Origin: Nostoc sp. DedSLP01
GTDB taxonomy: Bacteria > Cyanobacteriota > Cyanobacteriia > Cyanobacteriales > Nostocaceae
Direction: 5' to 3'
Length of the DNA stretch: 64,000 bases
NCBI GenBank assembly: GCA_034530875.2
Contig: JAVRCJ020000004.1
Span: 192,001 to 256,000, forward strand
Shown here: in pieces, positions 31,120-41,885 of the stretch
Position numbering within the stretch: position 1 is the stretch's first letter
Layout of the letters: each line of letters opens with the position of its first letter
The notes under the pieces: generated by a model
The model's input: the letters and a program-made list of their open reading frames with translations, nothing else
What the model was told of the DNA's origin: nothing
Database searches by the model: none
Made by a program: the position numbers and the translations under genes

Positions 31120-31782
31120 ATGGAAATCGATAAAATTAAAGCTGAATTGGAGAATCCAGATTTTCAGTATCGTTTGAAAGCGATCGCTGCACTCAAGGAG
31201 TATGAATCAGAAGTTGCTGTTCCTCTACTAACTAGTAAATTGCATGATTCAGAATTTTTGGTGCGTTCCTTTGTGGCCAGAGGTTTGGGCAAGCAACAAT
31301 CAGCCGAATCTTTTGCTGCCTTGATACAAATTATGAAATTCGACGATACTCCCAACGTGCGAGCTGAGGCGGCAAATTCTTTATCGTTATTTGGTAGAGT
31401 GGCAGTTTCTCATCTAGTTCTGACATTTTATCAGGATGACCACTGGCTAGTACGACGTACCATACTAGCAGCGATCGCTGATATGAATTGTACAGAAGAA
31501 TTATTTGATATCTGCGTTCAGGGTTTAAAAGACGAAGATTTCACAGTTCAGGAAACTTCTGTTGATGCATTAGGCTTACTGGCTAACTCTAGCTTACATA
31601 CTCAAGCATTATCTCAAATACTAAGCTTGGTCGATGATGAATCTTGGCGGATGCGAGTGCGAGTTGCTTATGCTCTCCAACGATTTGACGAGCCGCAAGC
31701 CAAAGCAGTCCTAAATCAACTCAGACAAGATAGCGATCGCCGAGTTGTGGGAGCTGCCTTAGAAGGCTTATTGCCTCAATAG
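31120..31782 (+). CDS. NblB-like HEAT-repeat (bilin lyase-related) protein
   Basis: HEAT repeats with LVRSFVA.GLG, NVRAEAANSL, DDHWLVR. Confidence 0.8.
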   Translation: MEIDKIKAELENPDFQYRLKAIAALKEYESEVAVPLLTSKLHDSEFLVRSFVARGLGKQQSAESFAALIQIMKFDDTPNVRAEAANSLSLFGRVAVSHLVLTFYQDDHWLVRRTILAAIADMNCTEELFDICVQGLKDEDFTVQETSVDALGLLANSSLHTQALSQILSLVDDESWRMRVRVAYALQRFDEPQAKAVLNQLRQDSDRRVVGAALEGLLPQ

Positions 31783-31947
31783 CAAAGTGAGCTTATTGAG
31801 CATTATTGTGACTAACCTGAATCATGCGATCGCACTTAACTCAGTTACACTAAATGCTTTATTTTATCTGAAATTTGAGGGAAATATCCGGACAATTTGC
31901 CAAAATCTAGAATAAAATATCAACTTTTTCGAGTCCGGGAGACGTAT

Positions 31948-32148
31948 GTGACTGATATACCAACAGGCCAAATGACTTGGCGATTACCAGGTTCCTCAGA
32001 CTGTGCATTATACCTGCGGCATAATGCTTCCGAACCTTGGCGATCGTATAAAGAGTTTCCACAATATGTTCTACCCGATCCGCCCGGTTTTTCAGAAGGA
32101 TACGCTACATTTTTAGCCCTTCTCAAAAAGAAGTGGCAAGCTGTATGA
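31948..32148 (+). CDS. Small hypothetical protein
   Basis: GTG at 31948 with GGGAG RBS; GQMTWRLPGS...EPWRSYKEFPQY...GYATFLALLKKKW. Confidence 0.55.
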   Translation: MTDIPTGQMTWRLPGSSDCALYLRHNASEPWRSYKEFPQYVLPDPPGFSEGYATFLALLKKKWQAV

Positions 32149-32305
32149 GACAGCCAGAATAGGCGTTGCAGAACAGGGGGATGAATTTAGGCAGGCTCTT
32201 GAAGCAGTGCTTTGCGTATTTTCCCACGCCACTTGCTACGCTACCCCGCGGTAACCGCGAGTCCGCGAGCGTCATTGGTGAATTTTGAATTGGTATCACT
32301 CCTGT

Positions 32306-33130
32306 TCAGCTACTTAAACTTTCACGGGTTGTTTTGCGGGTGTAGGCGTTCCAAACATCGAGTTCTGATGCTGGACGGCTGTTAAGCATGGCTTTGGTTG
32401 CTTCTGTCAAACCTTGGGCAAGAGTGAAATCTGCCCCAGCAATACTTTGAAGATAGTCCATCTCTGCGTTACTGAGGTCGCTTGCTCGCAAATCTGTACC
32501 GCGCAAATCGGCTCCAGTTAACCGAGCATTGCGCAAGCAAGCCCCTGTTAAATAGGCTTTACTCAAGTCAGCACCGCTTAAAGCCGCACCTTGTAAATTA
32601 GCTCCAGTCAAGTCAGCGCCGCTGAGGTAGGCTCCCCGCAGATTAGCTCCTTGCAAATCTGCATTGCGTAAAAAAGCTGTATTGAGAAAAGCACCATTCA
32701 GACTAGCACCCGGCCCCACTGCTCCTGAAGTCTTGTAGTTATATCCTTCAGGCCATTTTGTCTGTGCATCATAACGCGCTACTTGGAATTTAGCTCCCTC
32801 CAAATTTGCACCACTGAGATTTGCTTGTTGGAGGTCTGCACGGTTTAAATAAGCTCCCTGCAAATTCGCTCCACTCAAATCAGCACCCCGCAGGTTAGCA
32901 CCTCGCAAGTCGGCTCCACTGAGATTTGCATTACTCAAGACCATTTGGCTGAGGTCGGCTCCTAGTAGCTTGGCTTGACTCAAGTTAGCTTGTCTTAAAT
33001 CAACTCCCCGTAAATTGAATTCGTTCAAGTCTAATTTTTCTAGAGGAAGCCCTGCTTTGAGGGCTGTTAAGATTTCTGGAGTCGGACTGGGGCGTTCTCT
33101 AGTCAGAAATTGAATTTCAGTATTTGTCAT
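32306..33130 (-). CDS. Pentapeptide repeat protein
   Basis: Two blocks of A(D/N)LxG repeats. Confidence 0.92.
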   Translation of the reverse strand: MTNTEIQFLTRERPSPTPEILTALKAGLPLEKLDLNEFNLRGVDLRQANLSQAKLLGADLSQMVLSNANLSGADLRGANLRGADLSGANLQGAYLNRADLQQANLSGANLEGAKFQVARYDAQTKWPEGYNYKTSGAVGPGASLNGAFLNTAFLRNADLQGANLRGAYLSGADLTGANLQGAALSGADLSKAYLTGACLRNARLTGADLRGTDLRASDLSNAEMDYLQSIAGADFTLAQGLTEATKAMLNSRPASELDVWNAYTRKTTRESLSS

Positions 33131-33294
33131 TAGGCGATGGAAGTAGAAGTTTTTGAGTTATTCTACACTTTAGCTAAATTGGGTATTCATCTCATTACTC
33201 AGACTCAAACAAAATACATGTAGGGGTCGGAAATAATTAGCGATACAGAAGATTTTGCGCAGGTATTGTTTTAAAAAACGGGGTTTGAAAATAC

Positions 33295-33876
33295 ATGCAT
33301 ATAATTGCACCTTTGTCAATGATTGACTTCTTTCGTAAGAGCGAAGGCACATGGTTTACAGAGCGTTCCGTTCATCACTTTGACTCAGCCGCAGATGAGT
33401 CGGGTGAGTCGAATTTGATTGTTACAGTCATCGAAAAAGACGATCCTAAAATTCAAGAAGTCTGTAAAGTCCAGGGAATAGATCCTGCTAAAGCAACTGG
33501 GGGTGCTAGCTTTGCATGGCAAGCTAACCTAGACACGAGGCCGCCAAACACCGACCATGCCGCCATTTTGGTTGACATTCCCGACGATGAAACCGGGCGT
33601 TCTGGGAAATTAATCCGCAACCAAGGCTATGTTGAGAGCATTCCTGTTGTCAGCCGATATCGATTTGCTGATGATGGGCTGCTAACGATTAACACTGATT
33701 ATGACAATAACCAGGGACAAGAACGCTGTTGGTTTGTAACGGATGATTTTCGTGTCAGAGTTAGTACCGTGCGAATGATGAACGGAGTTAACCTGATGAC
33801 TTATTGTTCTGAGCGTCGTTGTGTTTCCCAACAAGTTCTAGAGGAAATGCTCGCTCGCAATCATGCTAGGGCATAG
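33295..33876 (+). CDS. cpeU: CpcS/CpeS-family bilin lyase, CpeU type
   Basis: FFRKSEGTW..RSVHH, GGASFAW, RNQGYVE, QERCWF, RVRVS; directly upstream of pebAB. Confidence 0.75.
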   Translation: MHIIAPLSMIDFFRKSEGTWFTERSVHHFDSAADESGESNLIVTVIEKDDPKIQEVCKVQGIDPAKATGGASFAWQANLDTRPPNTDHAAILVDIPDDETGRSGKLIRNQGYVESIPVVSRYRFADDGLLTINTDYDNNQGQERCWFVTDDFRVRVSTVRMMNGVNLMTYCSERRCVSQQVLEEMLARNHARA

Positions 33877-34073
33877 GGAGTAGGGAATAGGAAATAAGGA
33901 ATGGGGACTGGGTAAACTTTACAATTACCAATTGCCAATCCCTAATCCCTAATCCCCACTCACCACTCCCTACTCCCCATTCCCCATTAAGGAATGTTGC
34001 TTTGTTTCTAAGAAATGAGACGTGCACGATCCACATCCTTTATTTTCATGCAAGGGTTAATGAGTCATGCTGT

Positions 34074-34802
34074 ATGTATAAGCCTTTCCTGGAATTTTTA
34101 GAAAAAGAGCTATTTGAACGGTTTGATTTACAAAGTAGGGACATTCCCCCTGGTTTGGAATTCAAAGTTAGCGATCGCGGCAGAAACCCAGCAACCATCC
34201 GCAGTTGGTGTCACCAATGTCAACAGTTGCGAAAAATTCGCTATACCTACATCGATGCTGGGGAGAGCGCCCAAATTTTCAACAGCGTGATTTATCCCAA
34301 TTATCATTACGATTTACCTTTGTTAGGGATTGATTTTTTATCCTTTGGTAAAATTAAAAACCTAATTGTCCTTGACTTTCAGCCATTGTTTCAAGACGAA
34401 GATTATCAGAAAAAATACATACTTCCGCTTAAATCTCTACATGACAAATATCCAGATTTGTCGCAAAACTTAGAAATGAAGTTTTACGATGCTAACCAGT
34501 ATTTTTCTAAGTACCTATTATTTGCTAAAACAGATGCTCAAACAGTAGCAACACGAGTTTTTGCAGCGTTCCAGGATTATTTAAACTTGTATTGGCAAAT
34601 ATTAGCTGATACTCAACCGCTTGCAGATCCCGAAGATATCCAGCGGATTGTCAAAGCTCAAAAAGATTATGACCAATATAGTGCAGACCGCGATCCCGCA
34701 TCTGGTCTATTTAGCAGCTACTTTGGTCATGAATGGGCAGAGCGTTTTCTGCATGAATTCTTATTTGAAGATGCTGTGCCTTTAGCAGTTAGTAAACGGT
34801 AA
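34074..34802 (+). CDS. pebA: 15,16-dihydrobiliverdin:ferredoxin oxidoreductase
   Basis: FNSVIYP, GIDFLSFG, LDFQPL, YDQYSADRDPA; ATG at 34074. Confidence 0.95.
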   Translation: MYKPFLEFLEKELFERFDLQSRDIPPGLEFKVSDRGRNPATIRSWCHQCQQLRKIRYTYIDAGESAQIFNSVIYPNYHYDLPLLGIDFLSFGKIKNLIVLDFQPLFQDEDYQKKYILPLKSLHDKYPDLSQNLEMKFYDANQYFSKYLLFAKTDAQTVATRVFAAFQDYLNLYWQILADTQPLADPEDIQRIVKAQKDYDQYSADRDPASGLFSSYFGHEWAERFLHEFLFEDAVPLAVSKR

Positions 34803-34949
34803 GGGCAGAGGGGCAGAGGTCTATGGCAGGAACCCCTTACGCGGGACGGGGGGCAGAGGGGAAAATTTCTAACTCCTAACTCAGCACTCCTAATTCCCAG
34901 TCCCTAATCCCTAGTCCCCAGTCCCCAGTCCCCAATCTTTATATATCAA

Positions 34950-35693
34950 ATGACACTTTATCAGCCATTTCTCGATTATGCGATCGCCTATATGCGATCG
35001 CGTTTAGATTTACAACCATATCCGATTCCTGAAGGATTTGAATCTAAGGTTGCTACCGTAGGTAAAGGCAAGAACCAACAAGAGGTTCTGACCACTAGTT
35101 ATGCTTTTCAAACTACAAAACTACGGCAAATTCGAGCAGCACACGTACAAGGTGGTAATTCCCTCCAAGTACTGAATTTTGTGATTTTTCCACACCTGAA
35201 CTATGACCTACCCTTCTTCGGGGCAGATTTGGTGACGTTACCAGGAGGACACCTCATCGCCTTGGATATGCAGCCGCTATTCCGAGATGACTCAGCATAT
35301 CAAGCAAAGTATACCCAGCCAATTCTGCCTATTTTCCACGCTCATCAGCAGCACCTAACTTGGGGAGGTGATTTTCCAGAAGAAGCACGACCCTTCTTTT
35401 CTCCTGCTTTTTTGTGGACTCGTCCCCAAGAAACTGTCGTGGTGGAAACCCAAGTATTTGCTGCTTTTAAAGACTATCTCAAAGCTTATCTCGATTTTGT
35501 AGAGCAAGCACAACCTGTAACTGATTTTGAAAGCTTGGCAAATATCGAACAAGCACAACTACGATACCTACGATATCGAGCCGAAAAAGACCCTGCACGC
35601 GGCATGTTCAAGCGTTTCTATGGCGATGAGTGGACTGAGGAGTACATTCATGGCTTTTTATTTGATTTAGAGAGAAAATTAGCGATCGCATAA
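34950..35693 (+). CDS. pebB: Phycoerythrobilin:ferredoxin oxidoreductase
   Basis: [34 protein letters not shown]. Confidence 0.95.
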   Translation: MTLYQPFLDYAIAYMRSRLDLQPYPIPEGFESKVATVGKGKNQQEVLTTSYAFQTTKLRQIRAAHVQGGNSLQVLNFVIFPHLNYDLPFFGADLVTLPGGHLIALDMQPLFRDDSAYQAKYTQPILPIFHAHQQHLTWGGDFPEEARPFFSPAFLWTRPQETVVVETQVFAAFKDYLKAYLDFVEQAQPVTDFESLANIEQAQLRYLRYRAEKDPARGMFKRFYGDEWTEEYIHGFLFDLERKLAIA

Positions 35694-36396
35694 GTAAATC
35701 CACACCAATAAAAAGAACTTCAGCAAATTAATTTATCGATGAAGATTGCCCTCTTCCACGCTGCCTGAAGTTGTAACAGTGACACAATTCTCTAGTTAGG
35801 AGAGTGGCGTAAATAAGCTTGAGTTAAGATTTTTTAATAAATAGATGTTAAAGACGCAATAAATAGTTGTTTCCACAAAAGATTGATAATTGTAGAGACA
35901 GCGATTTATCGCGTCTTTTGCCTTAACCTAACCCTATTGCAAGCGTCCAACCGTTTGCCACGCGTTATGAATGAAACATCGTTAATTTAATCCCTTTACC
36001 GTTGCCTGTGTTTATTAAAAGCACTATTCCATGGGGGAATCGTATTTATACTTAGACAAATGTTTATGTTAAGTTAAATTAACAAAAAGACAAGGTAACA
36101 TAATAATTTTTAATAAAACAAAAGGCATCATCATAGTATAAAAATAATTTGAAAGGCAAAATAACAGTACAAGGTTGATGGGGTGCTGAATCTAGCGGAT
36201 TTTCTGGTCTCTCATATTAAGATGAAGTTTTGTAACAAAAGTTTTAATCCGAAACCCTAGAGATCGTAGACTTATACCTTGGATGTCCGTTATGAACCTT
36301 TCGTAAATGGTCAAGCGGTCTGACATCAAAAAGAAGGCTGAACCATTCAGTTTCGATCAAATAATTCTTAACCAAGCCAATTAGGAGTTTAACGCA

Positions 36397-36918
36397 ATGG
36401 TTTTAGATGCATTTGCAAAAGTAGTTTCCCAAGCCGATACACGTGGGGAATATCTCACCGATGCACAATTGGATGCTTTGAGCGAACTAGTCAAAGATGG
36501 TAACAAGCGTGCAGATGCTGTTAACCGCATTACCAGCAATGCGTCTGCTATTGTTGCTGCTGCGGTACGCGACCTGTGGGCAGAACAACCCCAATTGATC
36601 GCTCCTGGCGGAAATGCTTACACCAGCCGTCGCGCTGCTGCTTGTATCCGCGACTTGGACATCATCCTGCGCTATGTTACTTATGCAATCTTTGCTGGTG
36701 ACTCTAGCGTATTAGACGATCGCGCTCTCAATGGTTTGCGCGAAACCTACTTGGCATTGGGAACTCCTGGAGCTTCCGTTGCAGTTGGAATTCAAAAGCT
36801 CAAAGATGCTTCTCTGAAGATTGTTAACGATCCAAATGGCATCACCAGAGGAGATTGCAGTGCATTAGCAGCTGAAATCGCTAGCTACTTCGATCGCGCT
36901 GCTGCTGCTGTTGCCTAA
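36397..36918 (+). CDS. cpcB3: Phycocyanin beta subunit, sulfur-poor PC3 type
   Basis: PC beta sequence with no internal Met and only the two chromophore Cys; RRAAAC, DDRALNG, QKLK replace the usual M/C positions. Confidence 0.9.
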   Translation: MVLDAFAKVVSQADTRGEYLTDAQLDALSELVKDGNKRADAVNRITSNASAIVAAAVRDLWAEQPQLIAPGGNAYTSRRAAACIRDLDIILRYVTYAIFAGDSSVLDDRALNGLRETYLALGTPGASVAVGIQKLKDASLKIVNDPNGITRGDCSALAAEIASYFDRAAAAVA

Positions 36919-37007
36919 TCTAGGCACTGTTGCTCTTGAGTGAAATAATTGTCCGCAAGACAAAACAGAATTTCAACAAAAAAGTTTGTTAAAGGGAAGT
37001 ACCAAAA

Positions 37008-37499
37008 ATGACAAAAACACCTCTAACCGAAGCAATTTCAGCAGCTGACTCTCAAGGCCGTTACCTCAGCAGCACCGAACTTCAAGTAGCTTTTGGTCGT
37101 TTTCGCCAAGCGCCAGCTAGCTTGCAAGCAGCAAAATCCCTGAGCGCTAATGCGTCTCGCTTGACTGAAGGTGCAGCTCAAGCTGTATACAACAAATTCC
37201 CTTACACCACACAACAACAAGGCCCCAACTTTGCACACGACCAACGTGGTAAAGCTAAGTGTGTGCGTGATGTCGGCTACTACTTGCGGATTATCACCTA
37301 CGCTTTAGTTGTTGGTGGCACAGGTCCCTTGGATGATTTCTTGATTTCCGGCTTAGCTGAAATCAACAAAACCTTCGACCTGTCTCCTAGCTGGTACATT
37401 GAAGCTCTCAAGTACATCAAAGCTAACCACGGTCTCAGCGGCGACCCAGCTGTTGAAGCCAACTCCTACATCGACTACGTAATCAATACTCTGAGCTAG
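37008..37499 (+). CDS. cpcA3: Phycocyanin alpha subunit, sulfur-poor PC3 type
   Basis: MTKTPLTEA start, single Cys (KCVRD), no internal Met. Confidence 0.9.
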   Translation: MTKTPLTEAISAADSQGRYLSSTELQVAFGRFRQAPASLQAAKSLSANASRLTEGAAQAVYNKFPYTTQQQGPNFAHDQRGKAKCVRDVGYYLRIITYALVVGGTGPLDDFLISGLAEINKTFDLSPSWYIEALKYIKANHGLSGDPAVEANSYIDYVINTLS

Positions 37500-37511
37500 A
37501 GTGTTTCTTTA

Positions 37512-37573
37512 GCCCGGAGAGGAAATCAGCTCTTATGACAAAGAAGTTCTATGAGTTGCTTACCTCTCCGGGC
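37512..37573 (+). terminator. Stem-loop after cpcA (partial terminator or mRNA stabiliser)
   Basis: GCCCGGAGAGG...CCTCTCCGGGC 11-bp IR followed by a T-rich run. Confidence 0.8.
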
Positions 37574-37668
37574 AGTTTTATTTTCAAAAGACTGTTAACT
37601 GTTAAAAGATTAGAAAAATCCTTTCTAAAAAGTTTTCAGTTTTGTAGTTAAAACTGAGGAGGTTAAGG

Positions 37669-38481
37669 ATGGTAGCTTTGGGACAAGCGGCAAGGCTGGG
37701 AATTGAACCATTTGAAAACTCAGGAGTAATAGAACTACGTCCTGATAGAACAGAAACAGACATAGCAGTAGCGATTCGTGCAGCTTACCGCCAAGTTTTA
37801 GGTAATGCATACCTACTAGAAGGCGAGCGTTTGGAAAGTGCTGAATCATTGCTACGGCAGGGTACAATTTCAGTCCGGGGTTTTGTATTGGCTATTGCTC
37901 AATCGGAACTCTATCGGGAGAAATTTTTCTACTCCAACTCACAAACTCGGTTTATCGAGTTGAATTATAAGCATTTATTAGGTCGCGCCCCAGAAGATGA
38001 GTCAGAAATTTCGTACCATGTTGAGTTATACAACTCAGAGGGTTACGAAGCTGAAATTAATTCTTATATTGACTCATCAGAATATCAAGAAAACTTTGGC
38101 GAAAATATTGTCCCCTACTACAGAGGTTTTAAAAGCCAAGTAGGGAAGAAAAATGTTGGCTACGGCCGGCTATTTCAACTGTATCGGGGTTATGCGAATA
38201 GCGATCGCGCTCAAGGACAAAAACAAGGAAAGCTAACCTGGGAAATAGCTAAGAATCTAGCTTCACCTATCTATCCAGTATCTTCTGGAGCCTTAACTGG
38301 TCTTTCTACAGGGGATCGTGGAGAAGCATATCGCATTAGATTCCTACAAGCAGCTTCTCCCAATTCAGCTGTAGTACGGCGGGGTACTGCCGAGTTGATA
38401 GTTCCCTACGAGCAACTTTCCAGTAAATTGCAGCAGCTAAATCGCAAAGGTAGTAAAGTGATTAGCATCAAAGCTGTGTAA
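37669..38481 (+). CDS. cpcH: Phycocyanin rod linker (CpcH3 type)
   Basis: [12 protein letters not shown] linker domain plus CpcD-like C-terminus; no internal Met or Cys. Confidence 0.8.
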   Translation: MVALGQAARLGIEPFENSGVIELRPDRTETDIAVAIRAAYRQVLGNAYLLEGERLESAESLLRQGTISVRGFVLAIAQSELYREKFFYSNSQTRFIELNYKHLLGRAPEDESEISYHVELYNSEGYEAEINSYIDSSEYQENFGENIVPYYRGFKSQVGKKNVGYGRLFQLYRGYANSDRAQGQKQGKLTWEIAKNLASPIYPVSSGALTGLSTGDRGEAYRIRFLQAASPNSAVVRRGTAELIVPYEQLSSKLQQLNRKGSKVISIKAV

Positions 38482-38715
38482 GTAAAGAATAGAGTTAGAG
38501 GAATAAATATAGAGGCGATTAATCGCATCTATACCGGAGTATGTAAAAGGCTCCAGAGATAGGGAGAAAAGAGCAGAAGCAAAAAACTTTTCTCTCTTAT
38601 TCCCTCGTGCGCCACTCTCGGGGAAGCTAAAGCCACATCTTCTTTATTCTCTAGTCTCTATTATTTGCTTTCCTGGCTAATACCAATTACCTATTACTCA
38701 AGGAGAATTTTCAAG

Positions 38716-39585
38716 ATGACGATTACAACAGCAGCATCCCGGCTGGGAGCAGAACCTTTTATTGGTAGCGCCCCTGTGGAATTGCGTCCAAATGCGACTA
38801 AAGAAGATATAGAAAGAGTAATTTCTGCCGTCTATCGTCAGTTGTTGGGCAACGATTATATATTGGCAGCTGACCGCCTCATCAGTGCCGAATCGATTTT
38901 GCGCGATGGCAAAATCACCGTGCAAGAGTTTGTGCGTCAAGTAGCTAAATCAGAACTCTACAAAAAGAAATTTTTCTACGACAACTTCCAAACTCGCGTC
39001 ATTGAACTCAACTATAAACATTTGTTGGGTCGTGCGCCTTACGATGAGTCTGACGTAGTTTATCACTTAGATTTGTACCAAAATCAAGGCTACGATGCTG
39101 ACATTGATTCATATATAGATTCGCCAGAGTATCAAGCCAACTTTGGGGAAAATATAGTACCTTATTATCGCGGTTTTGAAACTCAAACAGGGCAAAAAAC
39201 CGTGGGATTTAGCCGTATATTCCAACTTTATCGCGGCTATGCAAGTAGCGATCGCTCCCAACTCAAAGGCAAATCTTCTCGTTTGGCTAGCGAATTAGGC
39301 CGCAATGCTGCATCTGCTGTAATTGCTCCCTCCGGCGGTCCCTCAGGCTTTGCTTATGTTGCTCCCGCCAAAGGCGTTACCCCCAACAGTACTTTCGGTG
39401 GTGCAGGAACTTTTGGTAAACAAGGCAGACTCTACCGCGTTGAAGTAGCAGCTGTTTTTGGAGCTGGATATCCTAAGACTCGCCGCGTGAATCAAGCTGT
39501 AATCATACCTTATGAAGAACTATCTAGCTACTTCCAAAGAGTAGTAAAACAAGGTGGTAAAATCGCCAGCGTCACACCACTTTAA
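38716..39585 (+). CDS. cpcI: Phycocyanin rod linker (CpcI3/CpcC type)
   Basis: [11 protein letters not shown] start after AGGAG RBS; linker domain; no internal Met or Cys. Confidence 0.8.
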   Translation: MTITTAASRLGAEPFIGSAPVELRPNATKEDIERVISAVYRQLLGNDYILAADRLISAESILRDGKITVQEFVRQVAKSELYKKKFFYDNFQTRVIELNYKHLLGRAPYDESDVVYHLDLYQNQGYDADIDSYIDSPEYQANFGENIVPYYRGFETQTGQKTVGFSRIFQLYRGYASSDRSQLKGKSSRLASELGRNAASAVIAPSGGPSGFAYVAPAKGVTPNSTFGGAGTFGKQGRLYRVEVAAVFGAGYPKTRRVNQAVIIPYEELSSYFQRVVKQGGKIASVTPL

Positions 39586-39699
39586 AGTCATTGGTTATTA
39601 GTCATTGGTCATTAGTCATTGGTTGTTTTTAAGCAACAAACGATAAAACAGAAATGGCAAATGACTAATAAAAACTTGGAATGAATTTTGAGGTGATTT

Positions 39700-39936
39700 A
39701 TGGTCGGACAATTAACTGCTAGTAGTACCAGTAATCGTTACTTCCGCTATGAAGTAGTTGGTTTACGTCAAAATGAAGAAACTGATAAAACCAACTATCC
39801 AATTCGTTCTAGTGGCAGTGTATTTTTCACTGTGGCTGAGAATCGGATGAATCAAGAAATGCAGCGGATTACTCGTTTGGGTGGCAGAATAGTTAACATT
39901 CAGCCATTGAGTTTTGAGTCGAAAACAGATAGCTAA
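39700..39936 (+). CDS. cpcD: Rod-capping linker
   Basis: YEVVGLRQ...IRSSGS...RMNQEMQRITRLGGRIVNI. Confidence 0.92.
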   Translation: MVGQLTASSTSNRYFRYEVVGLRQNEETDKTNYPIRSSGSVFFTVAENRMNQEMQRITRLGGRIVNIQPLSFESKTDS

Positions 39937-39956
39937 GAGAGTAAATCTTCCTTCTG

Positions 39957-40802
39957 ATGAATTCTAATCCGCAGAAAATTGAAGATTTATCTCCTCCAGG
40001 GGACTCACCTGGAGGCGAGCAACTAACTGTAGAACAAGCGATCGCAAATCTCCAAAGTGCAGATTTGGGCTTGCGATTTTATGCTGCTTGGTGGTTGGGT
40101 CGGTTTCGCATATCCGAACCAGCTGCGGTGACACTACTGATTCAAGCTTTAGAGGATGAAGCCGATAGAACGCCAGAAGGCGGATATCCTTTGCGGCGCA
40201 ACGCAGCTAGAGCTTTGGGAAAAATCGGCGATCGCCAAGCAGTAATGCCCTTAATTGCTTGTTTAAGCTGTTCGGATTTTTATGTCCGGGAAGCAGCAGC
40301 ACAATCTTTAGATATGCTAGGCGATAGAGTTTGTATTCCTGGACTGATGGAGCTACTAAAAGCGGGTTTGCAGGGAGAACAACTAAAATCGCAGCAGCCA
40401 GATTTATCCCAACCTTACGACGCCATATTAGAAGCCTTGGGAAGCTTGCGGGCTACTGAATCGATTCCTTTTGTCAAACCATTTTTAGAGCATCCCATAG
40501 AACTGGTGCAATATGCTGCCGCACGAGCTATGTATCAGTTAACCCAAGAACCAGTTTATGCAGAACGCCTGGTAAAAGCTTTGAAGGGTGACAAATTGCA
40601 ATTGCGTCGAGCTGTACTATCAGACTTGGGAGCAACTGGCTATCTACCCGCAGCTGAGGCCATAGCCGAGACTCTAGCAGAAAATAGCCTCAAACTAATC
40701 TCCCTTAAAGGATTGCTAGAACATCAAGTCAATAACACAGCAAATAGCACCTTATCACCAGGTGCGATAAAAGTGATGAATTTGATGGACTCGTTATTGT
40801 AG
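39957..40802 (+). CDS. cpcE: Phycocyanin alpha-subunit PCB lyase CpcE
   Basis: RFYAAWWLG, GGYPLRRNAARALG, AENSLKLISLKG. Confidence 0.93.
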   Translation: MNSNPQKIEDLSPPGDSPGGEQLTVEQAIANLQSADLGLRFYAAWWLGRFRISEPAAVTLLIQALEDEADRTPEGGYPLRRNAARALGKIGDRQAVMPLIACLSCSDFYVREAAAQSLDMLGDRVCIPGLMELLKAGLQGEQLKSQQPDLSQPYDAILEALGSLRATESIPFVKPFLEHPIELVQYAAARAMYQLTQEPVYAERLVKALKGDKLQLRRAVLSDLGATGYLPAAEAIAETLAENSLKLISLKGLLEHQVNNTANSTLSPGAIKVMNLMDSLL

Positions 40803-40863
40803 TCATAATTCCTTAGCGTGCAGTTGCGATTAATACTTAAATATTAAAGATTAATCGTGCATC

Positions 40864-40902
40864 AACCCCTAGCTCTAATTTTGTAATTAGGGCTAGGGGG
40901 TT
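40864..40902 (+). terminator. Hairpin between cpcE and cpcF
   Basis: CCCCTAGCTCTAATT-TTGT-AATTAGGGCTAGGGG followed by GTTT. Confidence 0.55.
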
Positions 40903-40949
40903 TATACATCATGCAACTACGGATAACTTAAGCTACAATTGGCTGACCT

Positions 40950-41690
40950 ATGATGACTCGTGAAATGATTATGGATAACAGCGAACTTGCCAAGATATTG
41001 ATTCGTGCTGTAGAAGAAGCAGATTCATCAGATCGCTTGTTAGATGCAGTTCAAGAATTAGCAGCAGCTCGGATAGAGGAATCTGTTCCGACTTTAATTG
41101 CAGCTTTGGGCTACAATAATCCGGGGGCGGCGGTAGCGGCAGTAGATGGATTAATTGCGATCGGAGAACCCGCAGTTGCACCGCTATTAGAACTGATTGA
41201 TGATTACAACTATGGGGCTAGAGCCTGGGCAGTTCGTGCCTTAGCGGGAATTGGGGATTTACGGGCATTGGACACTTTGTTAGAGGCAGCAAAAACCGAT
41301 TTTTCCTTAAGCGTGCGACGCGCAGCAGCTAGGGGATTAGGCACATTGCGCTGGTATCAGCTACCATCTGAAAAACTCGAATCTGTTCAAACTCAGGTAA
41401 TAGATGCGCTAGTATTAATTTCTCAAGATCCAGAGTGGGTGGTGCGCTATGCAGCAGTTACAAGTTTAGAAACCCTAGCAATCGCAATCGCAACTACTTT
41501 ACCTGACCAAGCCTCACGCATTAAAGAGCAACTTCAGCAAATCTTTGATACAGATGCAGATCTCGGAGTTCGTACCCGTGTCAAGTTTGCCCAGCAAAAA
41601 ATTCAGCAGCCACAGCATCAACAAGTATTTGCACTTAAAACAAAACAAGAAGAAACTGAAGTGCCTCATCGTGGAGGAGGCAGACGCTAA
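40950..41690 (+). CDS. cpcF: Phycocyanin alpha-subunit PCB lyase CpcF
   Basis: LGYNNPGAAVAAVDGL, YNYGARAWA, DFSLSVRRAAA, DPEWVVRYAA. Confidence 0.93.
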   Translation: MMTREMIMDNSELAKILIRAVEEADSSDRLLDAVQELAAARIEESVPTLIAALGYNNPGAAVAAVDGLIAIGEPAVAPLLELIDDYNYGARAWAVRALAGIGDLRALDTLLEAAKTDFSLSVRRAAARGLGTLRWYQLPSEKLESVQTQVIDALVLISQDPEWVVRYAAVTSLETLAIAIATTLPDQASRIKEQLQQIFDTDADLGVRTRVKFAQQKIQQPQHQQVFALKTKQEETEVPHRGGGRR

Positions 41691-41760
41691 TAATTTCTGA
41701 CCTTGCCAATTTCAATTGTCTAGAATACAAATCTGTGGTCAGTGTTTATTAAAAGTTTCA

Positions 41761-41872
41761 GGCGTTGCTGATTTCATGTATGAAAACGATTATGCATGAT
41801 CTCAAAATCCTTGTAGAGACGTTGCAATGCAACGTCTCTACGTATGTATTCATATCCCAATTCAGCAACGCC
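41761..41872 (+). mobile_element. MITE/REP-like element, complete copy
   Basis: Terminal IR GGCGTTGCTGA / TCAGCAACGCC and central palindrome GTAGAGACGTTGCAATGCAACGTCTCTAC (41813-41841). Confidence 0.8.
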
Positions 41873-41885
41873 AAAATTTCCAGTT

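Noticed and set aside
31897..32148. Small ORF as cpeR
   Set aside because: Lacks the CpeR WIRSRHLIC motif as recalled.
34896..34937. TCCCCAGTCCCCAATC as a phycoerythrin-gene regulatory box
   Set aside because: Indistinguishable from STRR heptamers found throughout the window.
35700..36396. Red-light L-box (TTGCACA-N4-TTGCACA) that would make this operon cpc2
   Set aside because: No such direct repeat seen; Met/Cys depletion points to cpc3.
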